NCBI GenBank assembly: GCA_963823035.1
Contig: CAWGKG010000020.1
Location: 32,001 to 96,000, forward strand
DNA length: 64,000 nt
Source: an uncultured Gemmatimonadales bacterium
GTDB taxonomy: Bacteria > Gemmatimonadota > Gemmatimonadetes > Longimicrobiales > Gaopeijiaceae
Reading direction: 5' to 3'
Each line of letters begins with the position of its first letter. Position 1 is the first letter of the stretch. Below the pieces are notes generated by a model, which made no database searches, was not told the DNA's origin, and worked only from the letters and a program-made list of their open reading frames with translations. Both the position numbers and the translations under genes were made by a program. Positions 52,256 through 62,912 of this stretch are shown in pieces.

Positions 52256-53569
52256 ATGCCCGAGATCAAGGTACCGGCCGACCAGGTCTTCCCCATCCTC
52301 CAGAGCAACATCCTCGTCGACGGCTTCCATCTGGTCATCGACCTCGAGAAGTCGCACGGCTCCACGATCGTGGGCGCCCTGGAGGGGAAGGAGTACCTCG
52401 ACTGCTACGGCTACTTCGCCACGCTGCCCGTAGGCCACAACCACCCCAAGATGGAGGACGAGGGCTTCCGCAGGTCCCTCATGACGGCCGCCCTCTCCAA
52501 TCCGGCCAACAGCGACATCTACTCCCGCCAGTTCGCCGCGTTCGTGAAGACGTTCCGCGAGATCGCCGTCCCGGACGACTTCCGCTACCTCTTCTTCATC
52601 GCGGGGGGCGCGCTCGCCGTCGAGAACGCCATGAAGGCGGCTTTCGACTGGAAGGTGCAGAAGAACCTCGCCGCCGGCGTCGAAGGCGGCGGCGACAAGA
52701 TCCTGCATTTCAAGGACGCCTTCCACGGACGCACCGGCTACACCCTCTCCGTCACGAACACCGATCCCGCCAAGACGCGCCACTTCCCCATGTTCGACTG
52801 GCCTCGGGTGTCGAACCCGTACGTCGACTTCCCGGTCGACGAAAAGGCCGCGGCGGAGAAGGAAGCGGGGGCCTGCGCAGAGATCGAGGCGGCCTTCGAG
52901 CGGGACCCGCACGGGATCGCGGCGATCCTGATCGAGCCCATCCAGGGCGAGGGCGGCGATCAGCACTTCCGTCCGGAATTCTTCGCCAGGCTTCGGGAGT
53001 ACGCGGACCGCTACGACGCCCTTCTGATCTTCGACGAGGTCCAGACCGGGATGGGCACGACCGGGAAGATGTGGGCCTACGAGCACATGGGCGTCACGCC
53101 CGACCTGATCGCCTTCGGCAAGAAGACGCAGGTGTGCGGTGTGATGAGCACGCGCCGCATCGACGAGGTGGAGAAGAACGTCTTCCGCGTATCGAGCCGG
53201 ATCAACTCCACGTGGGGCGGTAACCTGGTCGACATGGTGCGCTGTGCGCGTTACCTGCAGATCATGCAGGAGGACCGCCTGGTCGAGAACGCCGCGTGCG
53301 TCGGAGAGAAGCTCCTGGACGGGCTGCGGGCACTGGCCGGGAAGCACCCCGAGGTCACGAATGTGCGGGGGAAGGGACTGTTCGTGGCGGTGGACCTCCC
53401 GGACGGGGACACGCGGGCACGCATCCGGCAGGGGTGCTGGGAGCGCGGCCTCGCCGTGCTGGCCTGTGGAGCCCGTTCGCTCCGCTTCCGTCCCCCGCTC
53501 GTGTTCACCGAGGGGGAGGCGGAGCGCTCGCTCGCCGTGCTCGGTGAGGTGCTGACCGAGGCGAGCTAG
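52256..53569 (+). CDS. lat: L-lysine 6-transaminase (class III aminotransferase)
   Basis: Motifs GALAVENAMKAAFDWK, AFHGRTGY, EPIQGEGGD, DEVQTG, FGKKTQV and STWGGN. Confidence 0.9.
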   Translation: MPEIKVPADQVFPILQSNILVDGFHLVIDLEKSHGSTIVGALEGKEYLDCYGYFATLPVGHNHPKMEDEGFRRSLMTAALSNPANSDIYSRQFAAFVKTFREIAVPDDFRYLFFIAGGALAVENAMKAAFDWKVQKNLAAGVEGGGDKILHFKDAFHGRTGYTLSVTNTDPAKTRHFPMFDWPRVSNPYVDFPVDEKAAAEKEAGACAEIEAAFERDPHGIAAILIEPIQGEGGDQHFRPEFFARLREYADRYDALLIFDEVQTGMGTTGKMWAYEHMGVTPDLIAFGKKTQVCGVMSTRRIDEVEKNVFRVSSRINSTWGGNLVDMVRCARYLQIMQEDRLVENAACVGEKLLDGLRALAGKHPEVTNVRGKGLFVAVDLPDGDTRARIRQGCWERGLAVLACGARSLRFRPPLVFTEGEAERSLAVLGEVLTEAS

Positions 53570-53576
53570 GGCCGCC

Positions 53577-54092
53577 TCAGCAGCCTGCCCGCGGGAGGCC
53601 GAAGGTGGTGGCGGCGAGGCATACGAGCGTACCTCCGTCGAGGACGCCGTCGCGTCGCTCCATGCGACCCGACATGTCGATGAAGAGGTAGCCGAACGTT
53701 CCGGGGGCGCCTGCCGGCGTCTCCGGGACGGGCGCCCCGGGTGGCAGCTCGACCACCACGGGCGGCGTGTCCTGCGGCACCACCCGCACACCCAACGACT
53801 GGAGCGTGGGCTGCGCGGCGAGGAGCGATTGCCGGAAGCGGCGGACGGCGTCCGCCTCGCCGGCGGTCGCCAGGGGGTGGAGGGGATCCACGTCGAACCA
53901 GGCGAACATCGTGGGCGCGAACACCATGGTGGTGTCGCGGCCGCTCACGACCACCGGCCCCCGGTCCTCGATGACGAGGAGGGGCGCGTCGTCCGCGGTG
54001 CGCGACTCCGGCCCAGCCTTCGCCCTGCACCCCGTCAGCGTGACGGCCAGCACCGCGATCAGTGGACCCGGCCTGCAGCGCGCGTGACTCAT
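53577..54092 (-). CDS. Hypothetical lipoprotein
   Basis: Lipobox LTGC and GGAGGGAG RBS. Confidence 0.6.
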   Translation of the reverse strand: MSHARCRPGPLIAVLAVTLTGCRAKAGPESRTADDAPLLVIEDRGPVVVSGRDTTMVFAPTMFAWFDVDPLHPLATAGEADAVRRFRQSLLAAQPTLQSLGVRVVPQDTPPVVVELPPGAPVPETPAGAPGTFGYLFIDMSGRMERRDGVLDGGTLVCLAATTFGLPRAGC

Positions 54093-54141
54093 CTCCCTCC
54101 CTCGGGCGGAACATCGTTGTCCCGGAAGGGTGCAACATACT

Positions 54142-54161
54142 AAATTAGTCTATCCTAAATA
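54142..54161. promoter_or_regulatory. DtxR/MntR-type operator TTAGTCTATCCTAA
   Basis: TTAG-N6-CTAA palindrome in an AT-rich patch upstream of the DtxR-family gene. Confidence 0.7.
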
Positions 54162-54185
54162 TTTTCAGCCACTCCGGGACCTTCC

Positions 54186-55223
54186 ATGGTCGACCCTGCT
54201 ACGGCCCTTCTCGTCTTCGGCGCGCTCGTGCTGGCTGCCGCGATCGCGCTCTGGCCCCGTTGGGGCATGGTGGCGCGCATCCGGCGCCTCCGCCGCCTGG
54301 ACGAGCGCGTGCGCCTGGAGGACGCGCTCAAGCACGTGTACATGTGCGAGCGGCGCGGCGGGCCCTGCACGCTGGAGAGCCTGGCGGGCCGGCTGGAGGT
54401 GTCGACCGGCCGGGCGGCGGGGATCCTCCAGCACATGGCGCACCTGGGCCTCGTGCAGGTGGGAGGCGAGGATCCGACGCTCACCGACGACGGGCGCCAC
54501 TCCGCGCTGCGCATCGTGCGCACGCACAGACTGTGGGAGCGCTATCTCGCCGACCGGACGGGCGTGCCCGCGGGGGAGTGGCACGACCACGCCGAGCGGA
54601 TGGAGCACGCCCTTTCCGCGGAGGAGACGGACGCGCTGGAGAGTCGGCTCGGCCATCCGCGCTGGGACCCGCACGGTGACCCGATTCCCACGGCGGCGGG
54701 GGAGATCCCGCCGGTGCGCGGGATGGGTCTCTCGGCCGCGGGCGCCGGCGACACCGTGGAGGTTCTCCACCTCGAGGACGAGCCGCGGGAGATCTACGAC
54801 GCGCTCCTCGCGCACGGCCTCGCGCCGGGCGACGTCCTGGACGTGATCGCGCGCTCCGAGCGCACCGTCCGCCTGCGTGCCGGCCGCCGGGAGTGGGACC
54901 TCGACGCCGTGGCGGCCCGCAACGTGACGGTCCGGCGCGTTCCCGCCGGTCGCAGCGCGGGCGAGGCGAGCGCTACCCTCCTCGACGCCGAGCCCGGCGA
55001 GCCCGTGCGCGTGCTGTCGATCGCTCCGGCGTGTCAGGGCGCGCAGCGTCGGCGCCTTCTCGACCTCGGGGTCGTGCGCGGTACCGTGATCGTTCCGGAG
55101 CTCGTGAGCATGTCGGGCGATCCCGTGGCGTACCGCATCCGCGGTGCGCTCATCGCGCTCCGTCGCGAGCAGGCCTCCTGGATCACCGTCGAGCCCGCCG
55201 ACGACGAGGAGGAGGTCGCATGA
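54186..55223 (+). CDS. DtxR/MntR-family regulator with N-terminal TM helix and two FeoA domains
   Basis: [22 protein letters not shown] and DPHGDPIP. FeoA motif [18 protein letters not shown]. Confidence 0.9.
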   Translation: MVDPATALLVFGALVLAAAIALWPRWGMVARIRRLRRLDERVRLEDALKHVYMCERRGGPCTLESLAGRLEVSTGRAAGILQHMAHLGLVQVGGEDPTLTDDGRHSALRIVRTHRLWERYLADRTGVPAGEWHDHAERMEHALSAEETDALESRLGHPRWDPHGDPIPTAAGEIPPVRGMGLSAAGAGDTVEVLHLEDEPREIYDALLAHGLAPGDVLDVIARSERTVRLRAGRREWDLDAVAARNVTVRRVPAGRSAGEASATLLDAEPGEPVRVLSIAPACQGAQRRRLLDLGVVRGTVIVPELVSMSGDPVAYRIRGALIALRREQASWITVEPADDEEEVA

Positions 55224-57469
55224 AGGTGGCCCTCGCTCCGGAGCCCTGCGCGGGTTGCAGCGAGCATCGGAGCCAGAGCCTCGTCCGTCTCGGGCTGAGC
55301 CCCGACAAGTGGGACGTGCTGGTGGCGCTCGCCGGCAACCCCAACGTGGGGAAGAGCACGGTGTTCAACGCCCTCACGGGGCTGCGCCAGCACACCGGGA
55401 ACTGGCCGGGGAAGACCGTGGTTCGCGCCGAAGGCGCGTTCGCCCACCAGGGTCGACGGGTGAAGATCGTCGATCTTCCCGGGACGTACTCCCTGCAGGC
55501 GGGGAGCACCGACGAGGAGGTCGCGCGCGACTTCATCCTCTTCGGTCGTCCGGACGTGACCGTCGTGGTGGTGGACGCCAGCCGCCTGGAGCGGAACCTG
55601 AACCTCGTCCTCCAGATCCTGGAGATCACCGACCGCGTCGTGGTCTACCTCAACCTGGTGGACGAGGCGCGCCGCCACGGCATCGGCATCGACGCGAAGA
55701 GGCTCGAGCGGGAGCTGGGCGTGCCGGTGGTGCCGGGCGTCGCGCGGGAGAACGTGGGCGTCGAGGAGCTGCTCGACGTGGCCATGCTGGTGGCCTCGGG
55801 CGAGCGGCCCACCACCCCGTACCGCATCGAGCGCCACGCACCGGAGATCGAGGCCGCCATCGACCGGCTCGTACCCTTCGTCGAGGAGACCTTTCCGGGC
55901 GTGCCCAACGCCCGCTGGGTCGCGCTCCGTCTGCTGAACGCGGACGAGGCCGTCGAGGAGGCCGTGAAGACGGGCGAGCTGGGGCAGCTCACCGAGATCC
56001 AGGACAGCGGGCCGCGAGGGACGGGTGTGGAGGCCACGCCGGACTTCGAGCACGAGGCGGCCCGGCGTCGCCTGCTCGACGCCGCACGCGAGGGGCGCTG
56101 GGAGCTGCCGGCGGACTTCCACGACGCGCTCATGGAGCGCACCTACGGGGTCGCGGAAGAGCTGGCCCGGCGAGCCCAGGTGAGCGGCCTCAAGAAAGCG
56201 GGCTTCGACCTCGACCGGACGCTCGACCGGCTCATCACCAGCCGATGGTTGGGCCTGCCGCTCATGCTCGTGATCCTCGCGCTGGTGTTCTGGATCACGA
56301 TCCAGGGCGCGAACGTCCCGTCCGCGTTCCTCGCGTCCGTGCTCATCGACAAGGTGCATCCGTGGCTGATGAGCACCGGCGCAGCGATCGGCATGCCATG
56401 GTGGCTGAACGGCTTCCTCTTCGACGGCGTGTACCTCGCGACCGCGTGGGTCGTGAGCGTGATGCTGCCGCCGATGGCGATCTTCTTCCCGCTCTTCACG
56501 CTGCTCGAGGACTTCGGCTACCTCCCGCGCGTGGCCTTCAACCTGGACTCGCTCTTCCGGAAGGCCGGGGCACACGGGAAGCAGGCGCTGACCATGTGCA
56601 TGGGCTTCGGCTGCAACGCGGCCGGCGTGGTATCGACGCGCGTCATCGACAGCCCGCGCGAGCGGCTGATCGCGATCATCACGAACAACTTCTCGCTCTG
56701 CAACGGACGCTGGCCCACGCAGATCCTCATCGCGACGATCTTCATCGGCGCGCTCGCGCCGCCTCCGGTTGCCGGGCTCGTGTCCGCCGCGGCCGTGGTG
56801 GGCATCGCGCTGCTGGGCATCGCCTCGATGTTCGTCGCTTCGTGGGGGCTGTCGCGCACGGTCCTGCGCGGCGAGGCCACGAGCTTCAGCCTCGAGCTGC
56901 CGCCCTACCGGCCGCCGCGCGTGCTGCAGACGCTGTACACCTCGCTGATCGACCGCACCCTGATCGTACTCTGGCGGGCCGTGGTGTTCGCCGCCCCCGC
57001 GGGCGCGGTCATATGGTTGGTCGCCAACATCCACGTGGGTGGGCCGAGCCTCGCGGAGCACTTCGTGGGCTGGCTCAACCCGATGGGCATGCTCATCGGC
57101 CTGAACGGCGTGATCCTGCTGGCCTACGTGGTCGCGATCCCGGCGAACGAGATCGTCATCCCCACCGTGCTCATGCTCACCGTGCTGACGGCGGGGATCG
57201 CGGGGGCGGGGGCGGGCACCGGAGTGATGTTCGATACCGAGACGGCGAACGCCACCGGGGAGTTGCTGCGGGCGGGCGGGTGGACGCTGCTGACGGCGGT
57301 GAACCTCATGCTGTTCAGCCTCCTCCACAATCCGTGCTCCACCACCATCTACACCATCTACAAGGAGACGGGGAGCAGGAAGTGGACGACCGTGGCCACG
57401 CTGCTCCCCCTCGCCATGGGTTTGGTGGTGTGCTTCCTGGTCGCCCAGGTCTGGAGGCTGCTGGCGTAG
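55220..57469 (+). CDS. feoB: Ferrous iron transporter B
   Basis: Motifs [38 protein letters not shown] and LELPPYR. Confidence 0.95.
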   Translation: MKVALAPEPCAGCSEHRSQSLVRLGLSPDKWDVLVALAGNPNVGKSTVFNALTGLRQHTGNWPGKTVVRAEGAFAHQGRRVKIVDLPGTYSLQAGSTDEEVARDFILFGRPDVTVVVVDASRLERNLNLVLQILEITDRVVVYLNLVDEARRHGIGIDAKRLERELGVPVVPGVARENVGVEELLDVAMLVASGERPTTPYRIERHAPEIEAAIDRLVPFVEETFPGVPNARWVALRLLNADEAVEEAVKTGELGQLTEIQDSGPRGTGVEATPDFEHEAARRRLLDAAREGRWELPADFHDALMERTYGVAEELARRAQVSGLKKAGFDLDRTLDRLITSRWLGLPLMLVILALVFWITIQGANVPSAFLASVLIDKVHPWLMSTGAAIGMPWWLNGFLFDGVYLATAWVVSVMLPPMAIFFPLFTLLEDFGYLPRVAFNLDSLFRKAGAHGKQALTMCMGFGCNAAGVVSTRVIDSPRERLIAIITNNFSLCNGRWPTQILIATIFIGALAPPPVAGLVSAAAVVGIALLGIASMFVASWGLSRTVLRGEATSFSLELPPYRPPRVLQTLYTSLIDRTLIVLWRAVVFAAPAGAVIWLVANIHVGGPSLAEHFVGWLNPMGMLIGLNGVILLAYVVAIPANEIVIPTVLMLTVLTAGIAGAGAGTGVMFDTETANATGELLRAGGWTLLTAVNLMLFSLLHNPCSTTIYTIYKETGSRKWTTVATLLPLAMGLVVCFLVAQVWRLLA

Positions 57470-57480
57470 CCTCGACCGCT

Positions 57481-60035
57481 CTACTCGCGGATCATGAGCT
57501 CCGCCACCTGGCCCCGGTAGAAGCTGGACTCGATCGTCTGAACGGCGTCCACGAGCAAGTCGCGGGTCGGCCCCTGCGGGTGGTACCTGCGGGCGACCTC
57601 CGTGAGGATCTGCGCCTTGTAGAAGTCGCTGTCCATCCCCGAGGCGGCCCGGATCACGGCGCCCACCTGGGCATCCGGGAGCTCGCCCTTCTCCACCAGG
57701 CGACCGAGCGCCTGCGCGCGGTAGTGGTCGGAGTCGATCCCGGCCGCCACGTCGATGTAGGCCCCCGTCAGCTCGTCCGAGTCGAGCGCCTTCGAGGACA
57801 CGCCCTCCAGCACGGCGTCGATGTAGGAGTCCGAGCCCATGTCGCCCGCCGCGCGTAGCACCACGGCCAGCTCCGCCGAGGCGAGGTCGTTGCGCGACAG
57901 CAGCGCGCCGAGCACCTCGGAGCGGTAGTAGTCGGACTCGATCGAAGCCACCGCGTCCAGGTACCGGGCACGGATCGCCGGAGCGAGGGCATAGCTGTTC
58001 GCGACGGCGCCCAGCACTTCGGCGAGGTAGAAGTCCGAGTCCATGGTCGATGCGGCGGCCACGGTCGCCCCCACCTGCTCGGGGGAAAGGCCCCCGCGGT
58101 CGAGCGCGACCTTGAGGACCTCGCTCCGGTAGAAGTCCGAGTCGATCCGCCCCGCCGCGCCGAGGTACGCGTCGAGCATCGCGTTCGACGCGAGATGGTC
58201 GACGGCGAACGCCTTCAGGATCTCGGCGAGGTAGAAGTCCGAGTCGACCCGGTCGCGGGCCCGCTCCACCACGTCGAGGGCCTGCGCGTCCGACAGGTCG
58301 CCGGCCTGCTTCAGGAGCTCCTGCGAATAGGTGGCGAAGACGTAGTCGGAATCGAGCTGGTCCAGCTCGTGCAGGACGGCCGGCACGCCACCCTCGCTGC
58401 AGGAGGGCCGCCACGCGCTCGTGCGCCATGAAGCCGGCCCGACGGAACACCTGCAGCAGCATCCCCTCGTACCACGCGCGAGCGGTCGCGTCGAAGGCCT
58501 GCTCGTCCCGGTTCACGCGGTACTCGTAGCTCGGTCGTCCGTTCGCGTCCGCGGTGATCTCGAGCATCCGGCGGGTGCGCCCCTCCGTCTCCTCGATGCG
58601 CAGGAGCGCATCGCGGTCGAGGCGGGCCACGTCACGGAAGTCCGAGGTGAACTCGATGTCTCCGTCGACACGCACCTCGACGTCGCATCCCGGCTTCGAC
58701 CACTGCAGCGTGCGGCGGTCGTTGTTCGACTGGCTCGAGACGTTCTCCCAGCCGTCGCGCTCCGTCCCGCAGCTGCCGGCCTGGAAGGTCGGGCCGACCG
58801 CGAGGGCGGTGTTCACGCCCCGAGACGCGTCGGCCGAGGCCACCACCGGGGTCGGTCCGGAGGCGCGCGCCTCCGGCGCCACCCGCTCGGGGACGTCCGC
58901 CACGCGCGGAGCCGGCGCCAGCGCGCCCAGGGCGGTGACCAGCAGGACGGCCATCGCGACGGCGCCCGCCGCCCGGACGGGGCCGAGCCTTCTGCGTCGC
59001 GTCGCGTCGAGGACGGCACGCAGGCGGCCCGACAGGCTCGAGGGCCGGGCCATCGCCACGGCGGCGCGCGGGGTGGCGCGGTCCGCGCGGAAGGTGCGGG
59101 CCAGGGCCAGCAACTCGTCGGCGTAGTCCGACGGACGGGCGCCGGCGCGCAGGACGAGGTCGTCGCAGGCGTATTCGCGCTCGGCCCGCAGCCGGGTGGC
59201 CGCCAGCCAGGCCAGCGGGTTGATCCAATGCAGCGCGACCGTCACCTCGGCCACGACCTGGGCGAGGCAGTCGGCGCGGCGCACGTGCGCCAGCTCGTGC
59301 ATGAGCACGGCGGCGAGGCGCCTGCGCGACCATCCCTCGGCGCCGGCCGGGAGGAGGACGACGGGGCGGATCCATCCCCAGCTCACGGGCATGGCGTCCG
59401 ACGCGCCACGGAGTAGCCGCACCCGCCGCCGGATGCCCAGATGGCGCGACAGCGTCTCCGTGAGCGTGCGCACCTTCCCCGGGGGGAAGGCCGCCGTGCG
59501 TGCCTCGAGTCGCCACGTGGCGAGCAGGCTCAGGGCGACGCCCACCAGGAGCGCCATGGCACCGAGCGCCCACAGGCCGAGGAGGATCGCGCCTCCCGCC
59601 ACCACGGTCCGAGCGGGGGTCACGGCGCGGGTACTCGCCGCGGCCGCCGCGCTCGGGCGCGTCCGCGTGCCCGGCGGAGGCGGCGCCCTCCGTCGTCGGC
59701 GCGGCTCGCCCGCTCGCCGCCGTCCCGTCGGCGCGGGCCGTCGCGATCGTGATGGGCGCCCGGTCTACCGACGGCCGCTCACCCGGGATACCCGCCCGCG
59801 GCGTCGCCCACGCCGGGAGCGGCGCCGACCAGTGGGGCGTGGCCGCCTGGACGAGGGGGAGGACGAGGAGGCCCACCACACCCAACAACCACACCCAGTG
59901 ACGCCCCGCGGCCGAGCCACGCCGGAGGGTCAGAACCGTCAGGCCGACGAGCGCGAGCAGCGCAAGCCCCTTCAGCTCCAACGCCACGAGTGCACCCACC
60001 CAGCGATCGGCGACTTCCACGATACCGGTCATCAC
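57481..60035 (-). CDS. BlaR1-like M56 metallopeptidase with C-terminal helical repeats (frameshifts near 59620 and 58390)
   Basis: RHWVW, HELAHVRRAD, WINPLAW and EYACDD, then about 9 repeats of (D/E)SDxY. Confidence 0.85.
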
Positions 60036-60421
60036 TCCCCCCTCGTCCTCGCGTCCTCGATGAGCGTAGCCAGCTCGTCCAACTCCTCGTCCGACAGATC
60101 CCCCTCCGACAGGTCCAGCACCGCAGCCACCGCCTTCGACGGCGATCCGTCGAAGAACGTTCGCATCATCCGGCGCAGCACCGTCTCCGTGGTCTCCTCG
60201 AGCGGGCGCAGCGGGAAATACACGTAGCGGGCACCGTCCCGCTCGTGGCCCAGCTGTCCCTTGTCCTCGAGCTTGCCCATCATGGCCCGCACCGCCGAGT
60301 AGCTCGGCGGTTCGGGGATCTCCTCCAGCACGTCGGAGACCGACACGCGGCCTCCGCGGTACACGGCGTCCATGATCTGCCGCTCGCGGCGGCTCAGGTC
60401 GACGTAGGATCTGCGGCCCAT
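60032..60421 (-). CDS. BlaI/MecI/CopY family repressor
   Basis: LSRRERQIMD, PSYSAVRA, LEDKG and TFFDGS. Confidence 0.9.
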   Translation of the reverse strand: MGRRSYVDLSRRERQIMDAVYRGGRVSVSDVLEEIPEPPSYSAVRAMMGKLEDKGQLGHERDGARYVYFPLRPLEETTETVLRRMMRTFFDGSPSKAVAAVLDLSEGDLSDEELDELATLIEDARTRGE

Positions 60422-60439
60422 GGGCTCGTTCTCGGTAAG

Positions 60440-60494
60440 TGCTACGAAACTAGCAGCGTGCTAATTTTGTAGCACCGTGCCGCGGCGTTGTCAA
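60440..60494 (-). promoter_or_regulatory. Promoter of the BlaI-like gene with two tandem TGCTA-N6-TAGCA operators
   Basis: Palindromes at 60440-60455 and 60459-60474. Minus-strand TTGACA (60494-60489), 17 bp, then TACAAA. Confidence 0.75.
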
Positions 60495-60639
60495 GCATGA
60501 CGACGTCGCGCACACGCGGACGTTTCGGAGATGAACCGTTCTCGCCATCTTTACGAAGATCCTCCCCTTCTCGACTGCCCGGGCCCCGCCCGGCCGCGCG
60601 CCGCGGCCGATCCTCCCCGCCCGATCAGGAGGGTCATCC

Positions 60640-62892
60640 ATGGTCGAAATCCGGATCCACGGTCGGGGCGGTCAGGGCGGCGTTACCCTGGCCAAGCTCA
60701 TCGCCACCTCCCGCTTCCTGACCGGTCGGTCCGTGCAGGCGTTCGGCCTGTACGCCGCCGAGCGCTCCGGCGCGCCGGTGCAGGCGTTCTGCCGCTGGGA
60801 CGACGCGCTGATCACCAACCGCAACCTGATCTACGAGCCGGACCACGTCGTGGTTCTGGATCCCACTCTGGTCGGACCGGCGATCCTGGGCGGATTGAAG
60901 CCGGGCGGGTGGATCCTGGTGAACACGGACGAGGCCCCCGACGCGGCGGCCGCCAGGTTCCCGCGCAACCGCGTGGCCGTGGTGGACGCGACCGCGATCG
61001 CCCGCGGGCACGGGCTCGGTACGCGCAGCGTTCCGATCGTGAACACGGCCCTCGCCGGGGCGGTGGGCCGCATCCTCGGCTTCCCGCTCGACGAGATGTT
61101 GGCCGCCCTCGCCCAGCTCGGGTTCGGAGGTGGCAACGTCCACGCCGCGCGCGACGCGTACGCGGCGGTGGAGACACGCGAGGCCGTCGGCGACGTCACC
61201 GGCGTCGGGGACCACCCTCGGCCCTCGACCTTCGGGAGGGGTCCGAGCTTCGTGGACGGCGCGGGCGGAAAGCAGCCGCTGGTGAAGACCGGTCAGTGGG
61301 CGTCCGAGCAGCCGAAGCGGCAGCAGTACGTGCCGCCCTGCAACCACATCTGCCCGGCCGGCAACGACGTGCAGGGCTTCCTGCACGCCCTCGCCGAGGA
61401 ACGTGTGGACGATGCGCTCGAGATCCTCCTGCGCACCACGCCCTTCCCGGCCACGTGTGGACGGGTGTGCCCGGCGCCGTGCATGGCGTCGTGCAATCGC
61501 GTGCAGCTCGACGGGGCCGTGAACGTGCGCGAGCTGGAGCGCTTCGCGGGTGACCGCGGCAGGGTCGAGCTCCTCCCCTCCGAGATCCGTGATCAGCGGG
61601 TCGCGATCGTCGGGTCCGGCCCGGCCGGGCTGACGGCCGCCTACCACCTGGCGCTGTACGGCTACGGTGTGACGATCTACGAAGCGGGCTCGCATCTGGG
61701 CGGTCTGCTCCGCGCGGGCATCCCGGAGTTCCGGCTGCCGCCCGACGTGCTCGACCGCGAGGTCGAGCGCATCCTCGACCTGGGCGTCGAGGTGGTGAGC
61801 GGCGTCTTCGTGAACCGCGAGCGGCTGCTCACCATCGCGCGCAACAACGACGCCGTCCTGGTGGCGACAGGGCTGCAGGAGCTGCGCGCCCTGCGGCTCG
61901 GCGTCGGGGACGACGAACTGGTCATGCAGGGCATCGACTTCCTGGACCGCGTCCGCTCCGGCGGGCACGCGCGCATGGACGGCGAGCGCGTGGTGGTGGT
62001 CGGCGGCGGCAACACGGCGATGGACGCAGCGCGCTCCGCCCTGCGCCTGGGTGCCTCCGAGGTGCGGGTGGTCTACCGCAGGACGCGCGAGCAGATGCCC
62101 GCGATCGCCGAGGAGATCGACGAGGCGATGGAGGAGGGCGTGGCCTTCGACTTCCTCACCCAGCCGGTGGAGATCCAGCGGATGGCCCAGGCGGATGGCG
62201 ACCTGGGCGAGCAGCACCTGATCTGCCGGCGCATGGAGCTGGGCGAGCCGGACGCCTCCGGACGCCGCCGTCCCGTGGACGTCCAGGGCTCGGAGTTCGC
62301 CGTGTCGTGCCATCGGATCGTCCTCGCCCTGGGGCAGTCGCCCGACCTGTCCGTCTTCCCCGAGGGGACGGAGGTGCGCGAGGGCGAGCGCCTCATCGGC
62401 TTGCTGGAGACGCCCGTCTACGCGGTGGGCGACCTGGCGAACAACGAGGGAACGGTGGCTGCGGCGATCGGCAGCGGGAGGCGCGCCGCGATGCACATCC
62501 ACCAGACGCTCACCGGCGAGGTGGTGGAGGTCGGCGAGGCCACGCGCGTCCGCTCCGACGTGGACGTCTGGCACGACGAGGTGATCCGCGGGGAGGCCCT
62601 GCGCATGCACCTCTTCGAGCGGGCGCCGGTGGCGGGGGGCGCCGCGATCGGCATCGAGCGGCGGGTGACGTCGTTCGACGAGATCCACCAGGGCCTTCCG
62701 GACGCGTCGGAGGCGAAGCGCTGCCTCTCCTGCGGCGTGTGCAACGAGTGCGACATCTGTGTGACCTACTGCCCCGAGGGGGTCCTCAAACGGGTGGGTC
62801 ACGCCCTGGTCTTCGACTACGCGTACTGCAAGGGGTGCGGCATCTGCGTCAGCGAGTGCCCCCGCAACGTCGTGTTCATGAGCCATCTGTAG
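60640..62892 (+). CDS. Fusion of 2-oxoacid:acceptor oxidoreductase gamma subunit, DsrL/GltD-like NAD(P)H flavoprotein and 2x[4Fe-4S] domain
   Basis: Gamma motifs IHGRGGQG and ERSGAPV. Then PCNHICP, CGRVCPAPC, GSGPAG, GGGNTAMD, YRR, CLSCG, CNECDIC and CKGCGIC. One continuous frame. Confidence 0.9.
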   Translation: MVEIRIHGRGGQGGVTLAKLIATSRFLTGRSVQAFGLYAAERSGAPVQAFCRWDDALITNRNLIYEPDHVVVLDPTLVGPAILGGLKPGGWILVNTDEAPDAAAARFPRNRVAVVDATAIARGHGLGTRSVPIVNTALAGAVGRILGFPLDEMLAALAQLGFGGGNVHAARDAYAAVETREAVGDVTGVGDHPRPSTFGRGPSFVDGAGGKQPLVKTGQWASEQPKRQQYVPPCNHICPAGNDVQGFLHALAEERVDDALEILLRTTPFPATCGRVCPAPCMASCNRVQLDGAVNVRELERFAGDRGRVELLPSEIRDQRVAIVGSGPAGLTAAYHLALYGYGVTIYEAGSHLGGLLRAGIPEFRLPPDVLDREVERILDLGVEVVSGVFVNRERLLTIARNNDAVLVATGLQELRALRLGVGDDELVMQGIDFLDRVRSGGHARMDGERVVVVGGGNTAMDAARSALRLGASEVRVVYRRTREQMPAIAEEIDEAMEEGVAFDFLTQPVEIQRMAQADGDLGEQHLICRRMELGEPDASGRRRPVDVQGSEFAVSCHRIVLALGQSPDLSVFPEGTEVREGERLIGLLETPVYAVGDLANNEGTVAAAIGSGRRAAMHIHQTLTGEVVEVGEATRVRSDVDVWHDEVIRGEALRMHLFERAPVAGGAAIGIERRVTSFDEIHQGLPDASEAKRCLSCGVCNECDICVTYCPEGVLKRVGHALVFDYAYCKGCGICVSECPRNVVFMSHL

Positions 62893-62912
62893 GACCCGAG
62901 GGGGAGCGTATC

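Noticed and set aside
55034..59623. 1529-aa minus-strand ORF
   Set aside because: Only about 58390-59623 is real (M56). The rest is off-frame or antisense to feoB, as is typical of high-GC DNA.
57481..60421. Beta-lactam resistance locus
   Set aside because: The M56 protein lacks a penicillin-binding sensor domain and no beta-lactamase gene is adjacent.
60640..62892. Dissimilatory sulfur metabolism (DsrL together with sat)
   Set aside because: No dsrAB or apr genes are present. The DsrL-like module is fused to a POR gamma subunit, and sat is the APS-kinase-fused type.
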